Positions 63,591-64,000 of a stretch of DNA of 64,000 bases are shown here, one piece after another. The DNA is from Carcharhinus amblyrhynchos (lineage: Eukaryota). Position 1 is the first letter of the stretch; each line of letters starts with the position of its first letter. The stretch covers positions 71,424,001-71,488,000 of the forward strand of contig OZ336873.1 in NCBI GenBank assembly GCA_965287045.1, written 5' to 3'. The position numbers and the translations under genes are program-made. The notes under the pieces were generated by a model that was not told the origin of the DNA, ran no database searches, and saw only the letters and a program-made list of their open reading frames with translations.

Positions 63591-64000
63591 ACTTTTTTAA
63601 TCTGCTGTAGTAATTCAAGTTTCTCATCATTGAATTGGCTCTATGTGTTCAAGCTACTAGTCTGGGGACACATGTCCTCTCACTTGCAACCTTCCTCACA
63701 TTTGCCTGAGCCTACATTATTAACAATATGCTGTTATGCTGTGGCAGGTGGTATGCACCATGCCAACCAAATCCCAAAGGCAAACTTGGCAAGCTATCAG
63801 AACAATTTTCAATTTGTATTTTATTCTGAGCAGATATGTCTACTGATGTCAAAGTCAAAATTCCAAGATCACTTTTAGAGATTTTAAATAGTAAATGAAA
63901 ACATTTATAAAGAAAAGATAGCTTAAGCACACAATATTACATCTACACAGTTAAAATTAGTCTGACAGAAATTTCCCCGAAATATTTTACTCGGTTAGAC

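Overview
Repeat-dense vertebrate genomic DNA; the repeat types point to a shark or other elasmobranch (inference). One host protein-coding gene can be rebuilt by hand: a five-exon RGCC/RGC-32-family gene on the minus strand (ATG 55585, stop 36152, 114 aa, all introns GT-AG and phase 1). It has a CpG-rich promoter and two poly(A) signals. Most of the rest is mobile DNA: young and old CR1 LINEs (often nested), Rex1/Babar-like and L2-like LINEs, V-type and Deu-type SINEs, Gypsy LTR relics, PIF/Harbinger relics and MITEs, and Penelope-type termini with decayed hammerhead cores. Most interesting observations: (i) two copies of a rearranged U2-snRNA-derived repeat that share non-U2 insertions (candidate SINEU-like family); (ii) a 740-bp palindrome made by a Penelope-type insertion that copied its own flank; (iii) a CR1 whose 3' UTR carries a V-SINE body and was mobilised with it; (iv) a decayed, possibly viral envelope/fusion-type reading frame at the left edge; (v) an old local segmental duplication. 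Repeat-family names come from recognising motifs, not from database searches, and repeat boundaries are approximate.
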